Of a stretch of DNA of 64,000 nt, positions 25,526 through 37,527 are shown piece after piece; the first letter of the stretch is position 1; every line of letters starts with the position of its first letter. A model generated the notes under the pieces. That model had not been told where the DNA came from and did not search any database. It was given only the letters and a program-made list of their open reading frames with translations. Source of the DNA: Mustelus asterias (Eukaryota); the NCBI RefSeq assembly GCF_964213995.1, contig NC_135816.1, forward strand, positions 47,430,001 to 47,494,000. The letters are read 5' to 3'. The translations under genes were made by a program, and so were the position numbers.

Positions 25526-26360
25526 CTTCCTCCCCCTCCTCCGAGCTGGGGGGGGGGCAGGTGACCAGAACCGGAAAGAGGGCGGAGACACCCGGCCTGT
25601 GATTGACAGCTCACCGCATCGCCCATCACCCCCCCACCAAAAGGCGGGGCCTGGGTCTGTGATTGACAGCTCACCGCATCGTCCATCACACTCCGAAAGG
25701 CGAGGCCTGGGTCTGTGATTGACAGCTCAGCGCTCCGCCCATCACTCCGAAAGGCGGGGCCTGGGTCTGTGATTGACAGCTCACCGCTCCTCCCATCACC
25801 CCCGAAAGGCGGGGCCTGAGTCTGGGATTGACAGCTCACCGCCCCACCCATCATTCTGAAAGGCAGGGCCTGGGTCTGTAATTGACAGCTCACCGCTCCT
25901 CCCATCATTCTGAAAGGCGGGGCCTGGGTCTGTAATTGACAGCTCACCGCTCCTCCCATCATTCTGAAAGGCGGGGCCTGGGTCTGTAATTGACAGCTCA
26001 CCGCTCCTCCCATCATTCTGAAAGGCGGGGCCTGGGTCTGTAATTGACAGCTCACCGCTCCTCCCATCATTCTGAAAGGCGGGGCCTGGGTCTGTAATTG
26101 ACAGCTCACCGCCACCAATTGTTGTTTACGTCATCGTATTATTTTTCTCTGTCGTATTATCTCAAAACCGAATTATTTAATCAAAGGTTTACTGAGAATA
26201 TTAATGATCAGATTGCTAGCCGTATGATTATTTTTATTGTTAATTAAAAGGGAATTCTGGGAGTGACCGGTTGGGGGAGGGGTCAGAGGTCGGAGTTCAG
26301 ATCGGCGGCGGCGCGGGGGTTCAGACACGCGGCTGAGCTCGAGCGGACACTTGCTGAAAA
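25526..26360. promoter_or_regulatory. HIGD2A/NOP16 bidirectional promoter region
   Basis: Divergent ATGs 835 bp apart in GC/CpG-rich sequence; GC boxes, CCAAT at 26115-26119, CRE-like TTACGTCA at 26126-26133. Confidence 0.8.
25594..26113. repeat. Minisatellite, 10 copies of a ~54-bp unit
   Basis: Unit GGCCTGGGTCTGT(G/A)ATTGACAGCTCACCGCTCCTCCCATCATTCTGAAAGGCGG; decamer cores start at 25600, 25660, 25716, 25770, 25825, 25879, 25933, 25987, 26041 and 26095. Confidence 0.98.
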
Positions 26361-26467
26361 ATGCCGAAGGCGAAAGGGAAAAACAGGAAGAAGAAGTTTA
26401 ATTATAAATCCGATCGGAAAAAGCTCAAAAGGAAGATGATGAAGAAAGTGGCCCCGCGGATCGAGTG
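26361..26467 (+). CDS. NOP16: Nucleolar protein 16, exon 1 coding part (107 nt)
   Basis: MPKAKGKNRKKKFNYKSDRKKLKRKMMKKVAPRIE(C)|gtaagg; matches the NOP16 basic N-terminus MPKAKGK..APRIEC. Confidence 0.96.
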
Positions 26468-26625
26468 GTAAGGGTGGCCGGGGCCCCGGGCTGGCAGCCG
26501 GGCAGCCTGTGTTCACTGAGCAGGCGGCTGCTGCTGCTGCTTATCAAAACATCCATCAGGCACAGGATTGTTCCGGCGCAAGAAAGAGAGCCATTTGGCC
26601 CATCGTGTCTGTATTGGTGACACCA

Positions 26626-26897
26626 TGGTTAGCACTGCTGCCTCACTGCGCCAGGGATCCGGGTTCGATTCCGGTGTCTGCGTGGATTTGCACGTTCTCA
26701 CCGTGTCTCCGTGGGTTTTCTCCGCGTGCTCCGGTTTTCTCCTACAGTCCAAAGATGTGCGGGTTAGGTTGATTGGCTATTGCTAAATTGTCCCTTGGTG
26801 TTAGGGAGTTAGCAGGGTAAGTACGTGGGGTTAAGGGGATAAGGCCTGGGTGGGATTGTTGCAGGGCCAAATGGCCTACTTCTGCACTGTAGGGAGT
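26626..26897 (+). mobile_element. HE1-like SINE in NOP16 intron 1
   Basis: TGGTTAGCACTGCTGCCTCAC..GGTTCGATTCC B box; CR1 tail AAATGGCCTACTTCTGCACTGTAGGG; sits within a minus-strand CR1 tail. Confidence 0.9.
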
Positions 26898-29590
26898 CTT
26901 GAAAGGAGCACCTTTGACTTCAGGCCAACCCCTGCCTTTTCTCTTTACCATCTATTGCCATCTGGTATGCCTTGATTGGACCTATCTCCATCACACTTCA
27001 AGGCAGTGGATTCCGGAAATGAACCACTTGCTCTGTGAAAGTTTTTTTCCCTCACATCTCATTTGATTCTTTTATAAATCATTTTAAATCTGTGCCCTCT
27101 TGTTCTTGATTCTTTTATGAGCGGGAACAGTTTCTACTCTGTCCAGGCCCCCTGCTTGAATCCATGCTCAATCAGAAAATGAGGATGACTTCTGATAGTT
27201 ATTTAATCTCTGGGTAACAGTTTGACTTTTCCCCGTCTATTGGGCTTTTTTAACAGGCTGCCTGTAATCCAACTCTCAGAGTTTCTCTTTGGCTTATGTC
27301 GCTGTTTTAACATGGGTAATACCAGCTGAACCATTATTTGAGTGATTTCCCTCAATGCGGGTATTGAGGGAGTGCTACATTAGCACAAGTGCTATTTTTC
27401 AATCAGACAATAAAGAAAACCAAGACATTCTCTAGTGTCCTATCCAACATTCAGTTTTGAATGCAGACCACACTTCTGCACTTATCACTTATAACACTTA
27501 TCACAAGCGGGGAAAGGAATAAAAGGATAAGTTGATGGGTGAGATGAAGGAAACAGTGAGAGGAGGAGGTTTTTGTTGAGCATAAACAATGTGTCACACA
27601 TTTAATCTAAAATACATTAACTGGTCATTAGTTTTATTGCAATTTTTGGGCAGAGGGCTTACACCATGTTAGCCAGTGAGTTGGAAGTGAGATAGCACTT
27701 ATGACTGGATCCGCAACAAATGGTCAAAAAGCAAGTCAGCAAATAGTTATTTAAAAAGCCTCTACAGCAAACAAAACTTAAGACTAAAGTAGGGTGATTA
27801 GGCCTCCCAATAAAAATTGTGATTTTTGATTAAAATGTAATTAATGTATCTAAAATCAATCCCAATCACTTAGTGATTGATGACAGTATGACCCAATCAA
27901 TTGAATTCTGTACTAAACAACAGTGACTACATTTCAACAAGTCATTGGTTGTGGAGTAGTTTGGAATACCTTGACGACATGAAAGTTTTTGTGAGAAAAA
28001 AATCAAGTCTGTTTCAATTTCTCCCAATTAATCCACAGATTGGATGGCATGAAATGGACAAAACTGAGTGGTTTTGAAAATTTGTGAAATCAGAGGAAGA
28101 AAGAGACAGTTGTAAAAAGAATTCTTTCACATGGCAAGGAACCAAGAGTGGTGTACCACATATATAATTCCTAAGGTCATAGCCATTGAGGCACAGAATG
28201 ATTAAAAAAGGCTGTGGACAAAAACATAGCTGACTTAACTAGGCAGTCGATAAACCTGCAGAGATTGGGAAGGTGGACTGAAGATGGCAAATTATATTTA
28301 AGGTGCACACCGCAAGGAAATTAAACTCAGGAAATAATTTGTGGTAAAATAAGTCAACTGCTTTTAGGTTACAGAACACATCACAAGAGAAGGATCCATG
28401 GATATTGGTGCATTGTTTACCAAAACCTACAACACAGTGAGGTATTAGAGCTAAATGAATTGTGGTTTATAGAGCCAAAGGATAGACATGATATAAGACA
28501 CTGATATGTTTCATTTGGAATAAAGATAAAGGCTTGCATTTATATAGCTCCTAACATCTTACGTTTACAGCCAATTAAGTATTACCTTTAAAGCGTAGTT
28601 ACTGTTATACTGTAGGAAACATAGCAGCCAATCTGTGCACAGCAAAGATATACAAACAGAAAACTAAATAATCTTTCATGTTGGATGAGTGATATATATA
28701 TTGCCAGGACACCAGGGAGAACTTCTCCACCCTTCTCAAAATGGAATCTTGAATTCTTGATGTCCCAGAGAGCGAAGATGTGACCTCACTTTAATGCTTT
28801 AATCTAAAAGACACCACTTCCAAAGGCATACCCATACTGGAGACAGGGCAGAATTGGGCAATGAAATTGATATCTAACTGGTATCTGGTACAGGAAGGTT
28901 GAGGTGCATGGTGTTGCTTACTTTGGAGAAAACGCTTGGGTGAGATTTATTCAAGAGTCTTAAGGGAATAGAAAATTAACAATACAGTCAATATTTTCAC
29001 AAATTTCAGGGGATACAGTCTGAAGCTTAGAAGAGGGAAGATATGCAGATATTTAGATTTAACTACCTGATGTAGAAGGTGGTGAATGTCTGAAATTGAC
29101 TAGCAAGGGAAGTATTATAGGTGAAACTACTTTGAGTACTGTGCCCGAAGGTAGGTTCTTGGAGATTATTTTCTGAACTACAGCTAAGTGTTGTGATGGA
29201 TAGGTTGAGGAGACAGGCCCCGAGTTTACCTTAGCCAAAATGGCAATCAAATCCTATGTTGTTAGTATTAATCTGATCCACATGCTAGCCAATAAGCCAA
29301 TTTAGCTAACCAGGCCCCTTTTCAGCAGATATTAGAGGCAAATATTCAAGGAAAACATTGATTAGGTATCTGAGGGAGCTGTCAGTTTGTAGGACTGGCC
29401 TGATAAATTTCAGATTATTTTCTGACTCTACTCCACTTGGTTATCCTGTTGTAATATTTATTTGCAGTAGTCTCTAAATTATTGTGCTGGAATGTTCCAG
29501 ATAATATTTCTCGATACAAGTTGAACAAATGATGAATTAATGCTTAATAATTGAGCAACATGTTTAACTGAAGATTTGTTTTTTTTTAAG

Positions 29591-29699
29591 TGAACAAGTA
29601 AGAAAAGCATGGAATAGCAAGAGAACAGTTGCTCAGAATTTAGCTGACATGGGTTTGGCATATGACCCAAACCGTGCAATTCCCATCAAGAAGAACAAG
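29591..29699 (+). CDS. NOP16: NOP16 exon 2 (109 nt)
   Basis: ttttaag|T GAA CAA..AAC AAG|gtgtgt; EQVRKAWNSKRTVAQNLADMGLAYDPNRAIPIKKNK. Confidence 0.96.
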
Positions 29700-30055
29700 G
29701 TGTGTACAACTATTATTCTATATCAATGCTAAAATCTTGTCTTTTTACTGGCAAACTCCTGAAATCTTTGTAATAGATGTGACAAAGGATCATAGAATGA
29801 GAATTATTCCATGATTAATAATAATGACTGCATGACCTACATAGTGATTTATTACTTGTGTCTAAAATGAAAAAAAAATCTTCTTCTACAGTCTCCCGCT
29901 TATGTTAATTTATGGGTCCTTGACACAAGGGTGTTTTCCACACTATGAAGATAGGAATAAAATCGGGATGCTTGCAACATTGCAAGAGCTGATGAGAGCC
30001 ATGTTTTAAGGAGGCAGATACATACTGAAGATCAGCCTCTCTGTTCCAGTTTTTT

Positions 30056-30348
30056 TAAAGTTTATTTATTAGTGTCACATGTAGGGCTTACATTAACACT
30101 GCAATGAAGTTACTTTGAAAATCCCCTAGTCTCCGCACTGTCTGTTCGGGTACATGGAGGGAGAATTTAGCATGGCCAGTGCACCTAACCAGCACATCTT
30201 TCAGACTGTGGGAGAAAACTGGAGCATCCAGAGGAAACCCTTGCAGACACAGGGAGAACATAGACCCCACACATACAGTGACCTAAGCCGGGAATTGAAC
30301 CTGGGTCCTTGGCGCTGTGAGGCAGCAGTGCTAACCACTGTGCCACCC
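30056..30348 (-). mobile_element. SINE with HE1-type head and alternative tail, NOP16 intron 2
   Basis: Homologous to 21922-22195 and 43390-43669. Confidence 0.88.
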
Positions 30349-31896
30349 ACTAAAGGCTCAGCCAAGCCTTCAGCAGCTGAGCGTTGAAGGATTAATGGAC
30401 GTATATCAGGGCAATTACTGCTGTTTCCTAGGACCTACAGCTAGCTTTACATGGCAGTTCTGCAAATTGGCAGTTGGACTCAGGATCTGGGTCTTTCTGC
30501 TACCAACTTTTGTGTTGTCAATACAAGCAGCAAGTAGGGAAATACAGATCAGGCATCGGACGGGTGGGCCTGTCAGCTGTTTTCTTCCTTTGCTATTCTG
30601 CTTACATTGCTTTAAAAAAAATCCTGCTCTAGGTTTCTGTAGAACGTTATGATGTAGATGACCCAGATGGTTTCTCTCAACCATTATCTTTTGATCAACC
30701 GTGTCATTGAAAGTGTTGCAAAACAAGAATAGTTTTTAAACTAGCTGCTCATTTTCTATGGAAGCAAAGTTGTACCAATTATGCTGAAAAGTAATGGAAT
30801 AATCCCACATTCCATGAACTTCAGTGATTGTAGATTGGTTCACAGGTTACATTTTTTAAAATGGATGCTTCCTATGCCTTGTGTGCGGAAAGACAGGTGA
30901 GTGGATATTCAAGATTTTTATGACTTCAAGCCAAATCACATAGGTGCATATGGGAGAATTGTACTCTTTTTGTCAGCCCCTTTGTTTATGACCCATCATT
31001 AAACTGGTTTTGAATATTGGTTGACTGAAGAGTCGGGCCTCAACTGAAAAGCGTGTTAGATCAGGGCATTAAATTCCAAATTTATTAATGCACCCGTCTT
31101 TAATATTTCTATTGATATTTATTTTTGAGTGCAGCTAGTCTGACTTCATTGATTTTTGAGCTGTGAACCACTTACCTTGGTTCAATTGGTAACACTTCTG
31201 CCTTTGGATTAAAGGACTTGTAATAGATCTAGGCTCACCTTTTGTCCTGCTATCCAGGGAATGCTGCTTTGTCAGAAGTGCTGTCCTTTGAGTGGGACCT
31301 CAAATCACATCTGCCTGTTTAGGTGAATGGTCAGTGACCCATGGCACAATTCAAAGAACTTCAGACAATTCTCTTAACGTGGCCAAAATTCACATTAGCA
31401 AACATCATCCAAAACAAATAGCTGGTAATTCATCTCATTATTGTTTTGTGCAAAATAGTCGCAACATTCACCTACATTAATGGTGTTCAACTTGCACCTA
31501 AAAACCTTGTGTGTGCTTGTTACTTCTTAGTTTGCCCTGTTTGAATTTGGAGAGCCTGGAAGTTTGCAAAGGGCTCTTTCTGGTATGTGTCTCATTGGTG
31601 CATACATCTTAATTCATCTCCAAGATTTATTTTTGTGTCTACAGTTGGATATGCACATTAATCAAAATATGGATTAATGCATTTTTTTGTGACTCGCGAT
31701 TCAGCTACCCCCACATCCTGTTAAAGAATAAAAATAAACCAAGTCTTTTGTACTGTTTCTGTGTATAAATTCATCTAGTATTTCTTTTGCAAAATCATTT
31801 TTTTTGCTAAAATTATGCCATGCTTATAAAGTGTTGTAGACAAATAATGGCAGATTGTAAATTATTCTTAATTCCTGTGTTTAATTTGTTTTACAG

Positions 31897-31963
31897 CAAA
31901 TTAAAATGGAAACAGCAACAAAAGATGAAAAACGTGTCATTATTAAGCCATACGTCATTAAGG
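31897..31963 (+). CDS. NOP16: NOP16 exon 3 (67 nt)
   Basis: ttacag|CAA ATT AAA..AAG G|gtttgt; QIKMETATKDEKRVIIKPYVIK(E), with the conserved KPYV. Confidence 0.92.
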
Positions 31964-32265
31964 GTTTGTATCCAGTTATTTATTTTAGATGCCTTTCTTT
32001 ACAGCTGTTACTATTTCCACCAGGGAGGCTGTGACCTATTTTTGTGCATGGATTAGCAGGGGATGAGTGTAATAGATGCAAGAAAATTTGTTTTACATTT
32101 TAGTGTTGGAGTGCTTAATTCATATTCATCTCTTGGTACAAGTAATACTGAATAAATACCTGATTATAAAGTGTTTAAACTGACATAGGGGAAGCTTGGT
32201 TAATTTTATGAATGTGAAATTTTGTGAAGCAAAATAGAAACTATCCCAAACTTTCCCCATTTCAG

Positions 32266-32372
32266 AACTGGAGGCAGAGGCTAGCCTCCCAGCAGTAAAA
32301 AATACTACCCTGTCCAAAGAATTCATTGACTACGTGCAACATATGATTGAGAACTACAAGGAAAATTACAAG
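32266..32372 (+). CDS. NOP16: NOP16 exon 4 (107 nt)
   Basis: ttcag|AA CTG GAG GCA..TAC AAG|gtatga; (E)LEAEASLPAVKNTTLSKEFIDYVQHMIENYKENYK. Confidence 0.96.
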
Positions 32373-32505
32373 GTATGAAATGTCTCAAAAATTTCATGTA
32401 ACATTGCCCAGCTTTCAGAAGCTAGAGCTGGCAGGACACAAAGCTGACCAACAAAATATTCAATAATTGCTCTTCGACAGAAGCGTTGTCTTAGTCATGA
32501 GATTT

Positions 32506-32634
32506 GTGCTGGTATTCTACCGTCCTGCCCGCCACGAGAATCAGAGCAGGTGAGGGATGTATGATGGGATGGTTCGTTGACCTTGGGTGGGATTTTCTGG
32601 TCTCTGGTCGAGCGAGGCTGGAAAATCCCATCCC
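32506..32634. mobile_element. ~130-bp MITE-like element (copy 2)
   Basis: Homologous to 21649-21787 and 57628-57756 (GAATCAGAGC, GTTCGTTGACCT, GGTGGGATTTT, AAAATCC). Confidence 0.6.
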
Positions 32635-33203
32635 TGGTGTTCTGTGGAGGTGAATAGTTGCTATATTTAAACAGTTCAGATTAGAACTAAATTTCTTAAT
32701 AAGAAATGAAATTAAAGTTGGATGAGACTAAACCTAAAATCAATTCTAGAACCAGAAGATTACACAATTGTCTACAACCTTTGGAACATCGATATCTGTT
32801 GTTGTTAATACACCAGTTTTTCTTATTTTTCACCATCACTTGTGGCCTTAATTTGAGAAATAAAACAGTTGATATTTTAAAAAATATTTAGAACAAAGGC
32901 TGGTAAAGTTAGAATGTGAAGCAATAGTGTTTTACAGCATCTTCAGTAAAACATTGAAGTTAGTATGATCAGTCTGGGTGGGCATTGCCTAACAGTGCAT
33001 GCGTCATCACTCCCCCATCTGGGTTTTCTTCAAAGTTGTGATATCATTGCAGTTCATGAGTGGCAGGCCCTTCTTCACAGTGAACAGACGTTCTGGAGGT
33101 GGGGAGATGGATGATAACTGATCCACAGGTGGATTTCACATGTGGTCAGCATTGGGAGGGGTTGGTGGAACAATGATAGATTAGCAAAATAGTTGGGAAG
33201 ATC

Positions 33204-33227
33204 AGAGAGAGAGAGAGAGAGAGAGAG
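33204..33227. repeat. (AG)12 microsatellite
   Basis: Direct reading of the sequence. Confidence 0.95.
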
Positions 33228-33492
33228 TAGGATGGGCAGTTGGGGCAGTTGTGGGTTGCTGCTCCTAAGCAGGTGTTTAAGAGGGCCGTGTTGCCTTTCC
33301 TGGCATCCTCCAAAGGGTCCAATCAAGAAAACTGGGCTTTTCTAAGCCAAGTCTGGTATGGTAGCAGGAGTGTAGGAAGGTGAAGGAGCACAATATCTGG
33401 GAGGACACAGTACTATTTGTGCACTGATTTCCAATCACAATATTGTTTTAATATCAGAGTCATTGAACTTGTGCTTTTCTTTTTTCATTTAG

Positions 33493-33633
33493 GCAATGGC
33501 AAGAGATGAGAGAAATTATTACCAGGACACACCAAAGCAGATCAAGCAAAAAATTGAATCTTACAAACGTTTTTATCCAAGTGAATACAATGATTTGGTT
33601 GCTTCTTTACAGGGAAAGATGGATACAGCTTGA
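33493..33633 (+). CDS. NOP16: NOP16 exon 5 coding part
   Basis: tttag|GCA ATG GCA AGA GAT..GCT TGA; AMARDERNYYQDTPKQIKQKIESYKRFYPSEYNDLVASLQGKMDTA*; total CDS 531 nt = 176 aa. Confidence 0.97.
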   Translation, partial: AMARDERNYYQDTPKQIKQKIESYKRFYPSEYNDLVASLQGKMDTA

Positions 33634-33881
33634 GGCTGGATTTTTTTTAAAGAAACTAACTGTACTATTCAAGAACAACATTATCAGCCTTGAACTAGAT
33701 TTCTTCTGTAGTTCAGTTCTTGCATACCATTCTATTTTGCAAGGGGATTTGTATGCATCTTTCCCTAATGGACCATTGTAACTTGAGACAAGAACTATTT
33801 GTAAATTTCTGTTCCTAGAATTGAGAGGCACGGCCTACTTGTCATTAAAATTGTGGATCTGAATATTGCTTTTTGATAATG

Positions 33882-33887
33882 AATAAA
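33882..33887 (+). terminator. NOP16 poly(A) signal
   Basis: AATAAA approx. 250 nt after the stop, followed by TG-rich sequence. Confidence 0.65.
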
Positions 33888-34644
33888 TTCTGTGTTTAAA
33901 AGTAACTAGCAGTTGAAGGTGATGATTCTGAGGTGGATATATGTCGGTCAAACTTGCATATTCTATAGCAATACTTGGGCAGCTGTTGCTTTGGATCAGC
34001 AGAAAACCTCATGTGTGGCCTGTGCTACAGCTCAGCTGGTAGTTGATATTGATTTTAATTACTAAAAATGGGCAAGGTCAGATTGAGGGAATATTGAACA
34101 TGTTTCTATTTCCTGACATCTATTTATTAAGTTTTAAATTATAAACTTCAAACTAGATTATGTCTCTAAAGGATGATGTGCAGTTGATTTTGGTAAGTGA
34201 AAATAACAAATCTACTTTAATCAGCATAAATCCCATAGTTGCATTGAATACTGGGATCAATTTATATATTAATGGGGTTGATTTTTCCAGTTAGAAGGAA
34301 CATCAGCACTTAAGACCATAAACATAAGTTAGTCACTGAATTCCAACAGGGAACTCAGGAGAATCACCGTCACCTGGAAAACATGGAACACTCTACCATA
34401 AGGAGTAATAGACGCAATTAACATTGATGCATTTTAGGGTGAGCTTGATAAGCAAATATGAGACGGGAATACAGGATATGTTAGGGCTAGATAAAGGAGG
34501 ATGAAAGAAAGCTTGTGCTATGAATCTACTTGACATTATGGCCTGTTTGTGTGCTGTAAATACGATGTTGTAAAAATAAGTACAATTTAAACACAAAGCC
34601 TGAAGGGCAGTGTTTTTGGAAGTATGTTGAAATTGCCAATGTCA

Positions 34645-35725
34645 AAGAAGAAAGAAAATTACACCATGGGAACAGGCCCTTCAGCCCTCCAAGTCTGCAC
34701 TGACTATGCTGCCTGACTAAACTAAAACCCCCTACCCTTCTGGGGACCATATCCCTCCAGTTCCATCCTATTCATGTATTTATCAAGACCCCCCTTAAAA
34801 GTCATATCGTATCTGCTTCCACTACCTCCCCCGGCAGCAAGTTCCAGGCACCCACCATCCTCAAAAAAAAAACAACTTGCCTTGTACATCTCCTTTAAAC
34901 CTTGCCCCCTAGTAATTGACTCTTCCACCTTGGGAAAAAGCTTCTGACTATGCACTCTGTCCATGCCCCTCAATCTTGTCTGTGAAGTTGTATGAACCAT
35001 GGAATAGCATGATGGGAAAATTGGTCAGCTATTTGGTACAAAATAAGCAAGGCTGAATCCGCATAACTTTAAGACTGCATGAGTAAATAAAACAAGATAA
35101 GATCAGGGATGATGGAGTCACTGACCTTCTGTTACACCAAAAGGACAAGATAAGGGTATGAATAATGAGACAAAGTTCTAGGAGGTCAGCAGGTTGTGTC
35201 ATGATTAATGATATTGCTTATGATTCTTATCGAATTCCTGAATAAGCTCTGGTCATGCAACCTGACAATGATTATGTATAAATACTGAACTGATTGTGTA
35301 ATTGCAGACTTGGAGGAATTAGCAAGTTGTACCAACTGCTCTCTGAACTCAAGTTTTCAGCCAAAACTGCATGCAGTCTTTCGTGAATAAAGGCTAGTTA
35401 TTTTGTCTGAACAAACTTTGTTGAGTTTTTCTATCAGTCAAGAAGCAGGAAAGTTTCCACTTCAACATGTTGACTTCTATCAGGTTGCCCTTCAACCTCT
35501 GTCGTTCTAGTGAGAACAAGCCAAGTTTCCCCAACCTCCTCATAGCTCATGCCCTCCATACCAGGCAACATTCTGGTGAATCTTTTCTGTACCCTCTGCA
35601 AAGCCTGTGGTAGTGTGGCGACCAGAATTGAACACTATATTCCAAATGTGACTTAAGGTTCTATAAAGCTGCAACATGACTTGCCAATTTTTAAACTCGA
35701 TGCCCAAACGATGAAGGCAATGTCC
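34645..35725 (-). mobile_element. CR1 LINE 3' fragment interrupted by a solo LTR
   Basis: ORFs 35540..35731 (GIEFKNWQVMLQLYRTL) and 34722..35000 (RGMDRVHSQKLFPKVE) are CR1 ORF2 C-terminus. Confidence 0.9.
34981..35467 (+). mobile_element. Solo LTR (487 bp)
   Basis: TGTGAAGT..ACTTCAACA inverted termini, imperfect 4-bp TSD (TGTC/TGTT), TATAAA 35277-35282, AATAAA 35386-35391; CR1 is continuous on both sides. Confidence 0.8.
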
Positions 35726-36930
35726 ACTCACTTAAATAGAATGGGTAGTTATTTTCATCCAGCCATGTACATTAATAGCTCAAATGTACTATCAAAGTAG
35801 GAAATCCAAAGTAAGTAATTTATTACAAATAATTTTAAGCAAATATTTTTATTCCCTCAATTTGTGGTACTTCCACAGTTGAAATACTTCATTTCCATAA
35901 TTTAAAAAATAAATCTTCCTCCACGACATGTTCTGCTATAGTAGTAAGCAATTTGTCAACTTCTGTCCTTTTTTAATAATGATTTACATCAATTTGATTT
36001 TTAAAGTTAAGAGAACCCATTGCACCTGGCACTACCACAAGATTCTACAATTGTCTACACAACCATTATAATGTAAGCAGTGAATATTGAATTATTTTAA
36101 CAGTTTGGCAAAAGATTAGTGAAACTCTTCAATAATAAATACATTCAAGAAAGAAATTTGAATATTAAATTAGAAAAATCAATGGGAGGATTAAGACATG
36201 GAGAAAGACCAACTTAAAACAATGCAGATCATTTGACAAAAAAAAAACCTTAGTAATATATATAGGCTTTCATGCTTCCCAAGTGTTAGAAAGTCCTGTA
36301 TAGCCAATTATTTTGTTTTGAAGAGCAATCACTTATCAGGCAAACATGATAGTCAATTTGCTACTGTTAATTGAAAGCACCAAAGGAAGTTGGGTAACAA
36401 TTTTGTAATAATTATGTGTTTCTGTAAACGTTTTCACACAAGTGCTTTGGGTCTGGAATTCACTGCCTGCAAGTGTAGAGGCAGATTTAGGTGAAGCATT
36501 TGAGACAACATTAGATGATTATTTGTAATATAAACAATGTGCAGAGGTATGGGGAAAGGACCGGAATGGCACTAAGCCATGATGCTCATTTGGAGAGCAT
36601 GATGGCCACCTGCTGCACCATGATACTGTAAGTAGGATAAATTTCACTACCACAAAAATATTAATGTCAAAAATACAATACATCCTACTCGAGGATACTG
36701 AAACTCAGTGTTGCTATGGAAGGTTGTTCTTGCACTCTAGGAGGCTGATTTAAAAAAAATATACATACTAGTACTTCAATTCTCGCAAAGGTAAATCCAT
36801 TCCTTTTCCCCATTCCCACCAACCTTACTTGGTTAAATAATATAATTCATCTGTATTTTCATTAAGTATTACAATATTATTCAGTTAGTAAATTTCTAAC
36901 AATCCTCCAGAAATATGAACTGATATTTGC

Positions 36931-37110
36931 TCAGCCTTTTTGAGAAATCAACTGAATGAGAAGTTCCTTAACACCCTGGATGCTTTTTGGGATTTCTGTT
37001 CCATTCTCAGTGACATTAGTAGCCATGAGGAAAAGCTTTTTTTCATAATTCACATCATGGAGTAGAAGCTTTCTATGAAGATCAGAAATATTAAGAGCTC
37101 CTTCAAGGTC
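36931..37110 (-). CDS. ARL10: ARF-like GTPase 10, exon 4 coding part
   Basis: ttcgtag|GAC CTT GAA..GGC TGA; DLEGALNISDLHRKLLLHDVNYEKKLFLMATNVTENGTEIPKSIQGVKELLIQLISQKG*; completes the G4 motif NKQD. Confidence 0.9.
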   Translation of the reverse strand, partial: DLEGALNISDLHRKLLLHDVNYEKKLFLMATNVTENGTEIPKSIQGVKELLIQLISQKG

Positions 37111-37527
37111 CTACGAACAAAAATAATACAACTATTGAAATAATGGTTAAAAGATTTTTTACTTAAGTACAATTAATGAATGGTGAGTTTATTCATCAGT
37201 GTTGGTTAAAAAGTGGAATTGTTAGTCAAAGATGTAATGCAAACATCTATAAACTCATGTTATAATAGAGCAGCGCAGATTTTAAAAGGGAAGGTCATGC
37301 CAGACTAACTTTGAATTTTTGAAGTAACAGAACACTGCTAAGGGTAACACAGTAGACAATGCATTGGGATTTCCAAAAAGTGACCGATGACTACAGTTAG
37401 AACCCATGACTGACTAGTCAGAACATGTGCAGTCAGGAGATAAAGAGCACTACAAATAGTGAACTGACTACAAACCAAAAGAGAGAAGGGATAAAAGGTA
37501 GTTGGACTGACAAGTAGGTAGTGGTAT

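Noticed and set aside
25594-26113. CRISPR-like array
   Set aside because: Whole units repeat with no unique spacers, there are no cas genes, and the context is a vertebrate genome.
25483-26118. 211-aa repetitive ORF as a protein-coding gene
   Set aside because: It is a by-product of a 54-bp (multiple of 3) GC-rich minisatellite, has no recognisable domain, and lies in the promoter; kept only as a possible uORF.
26468-33492. Intronic snoRNAs in NOP16
   Set aside because: No convincing box C/D pair with a terminal stem or H/ACA structure found by eye; snoscan or Infernal would be needed to exclude them.
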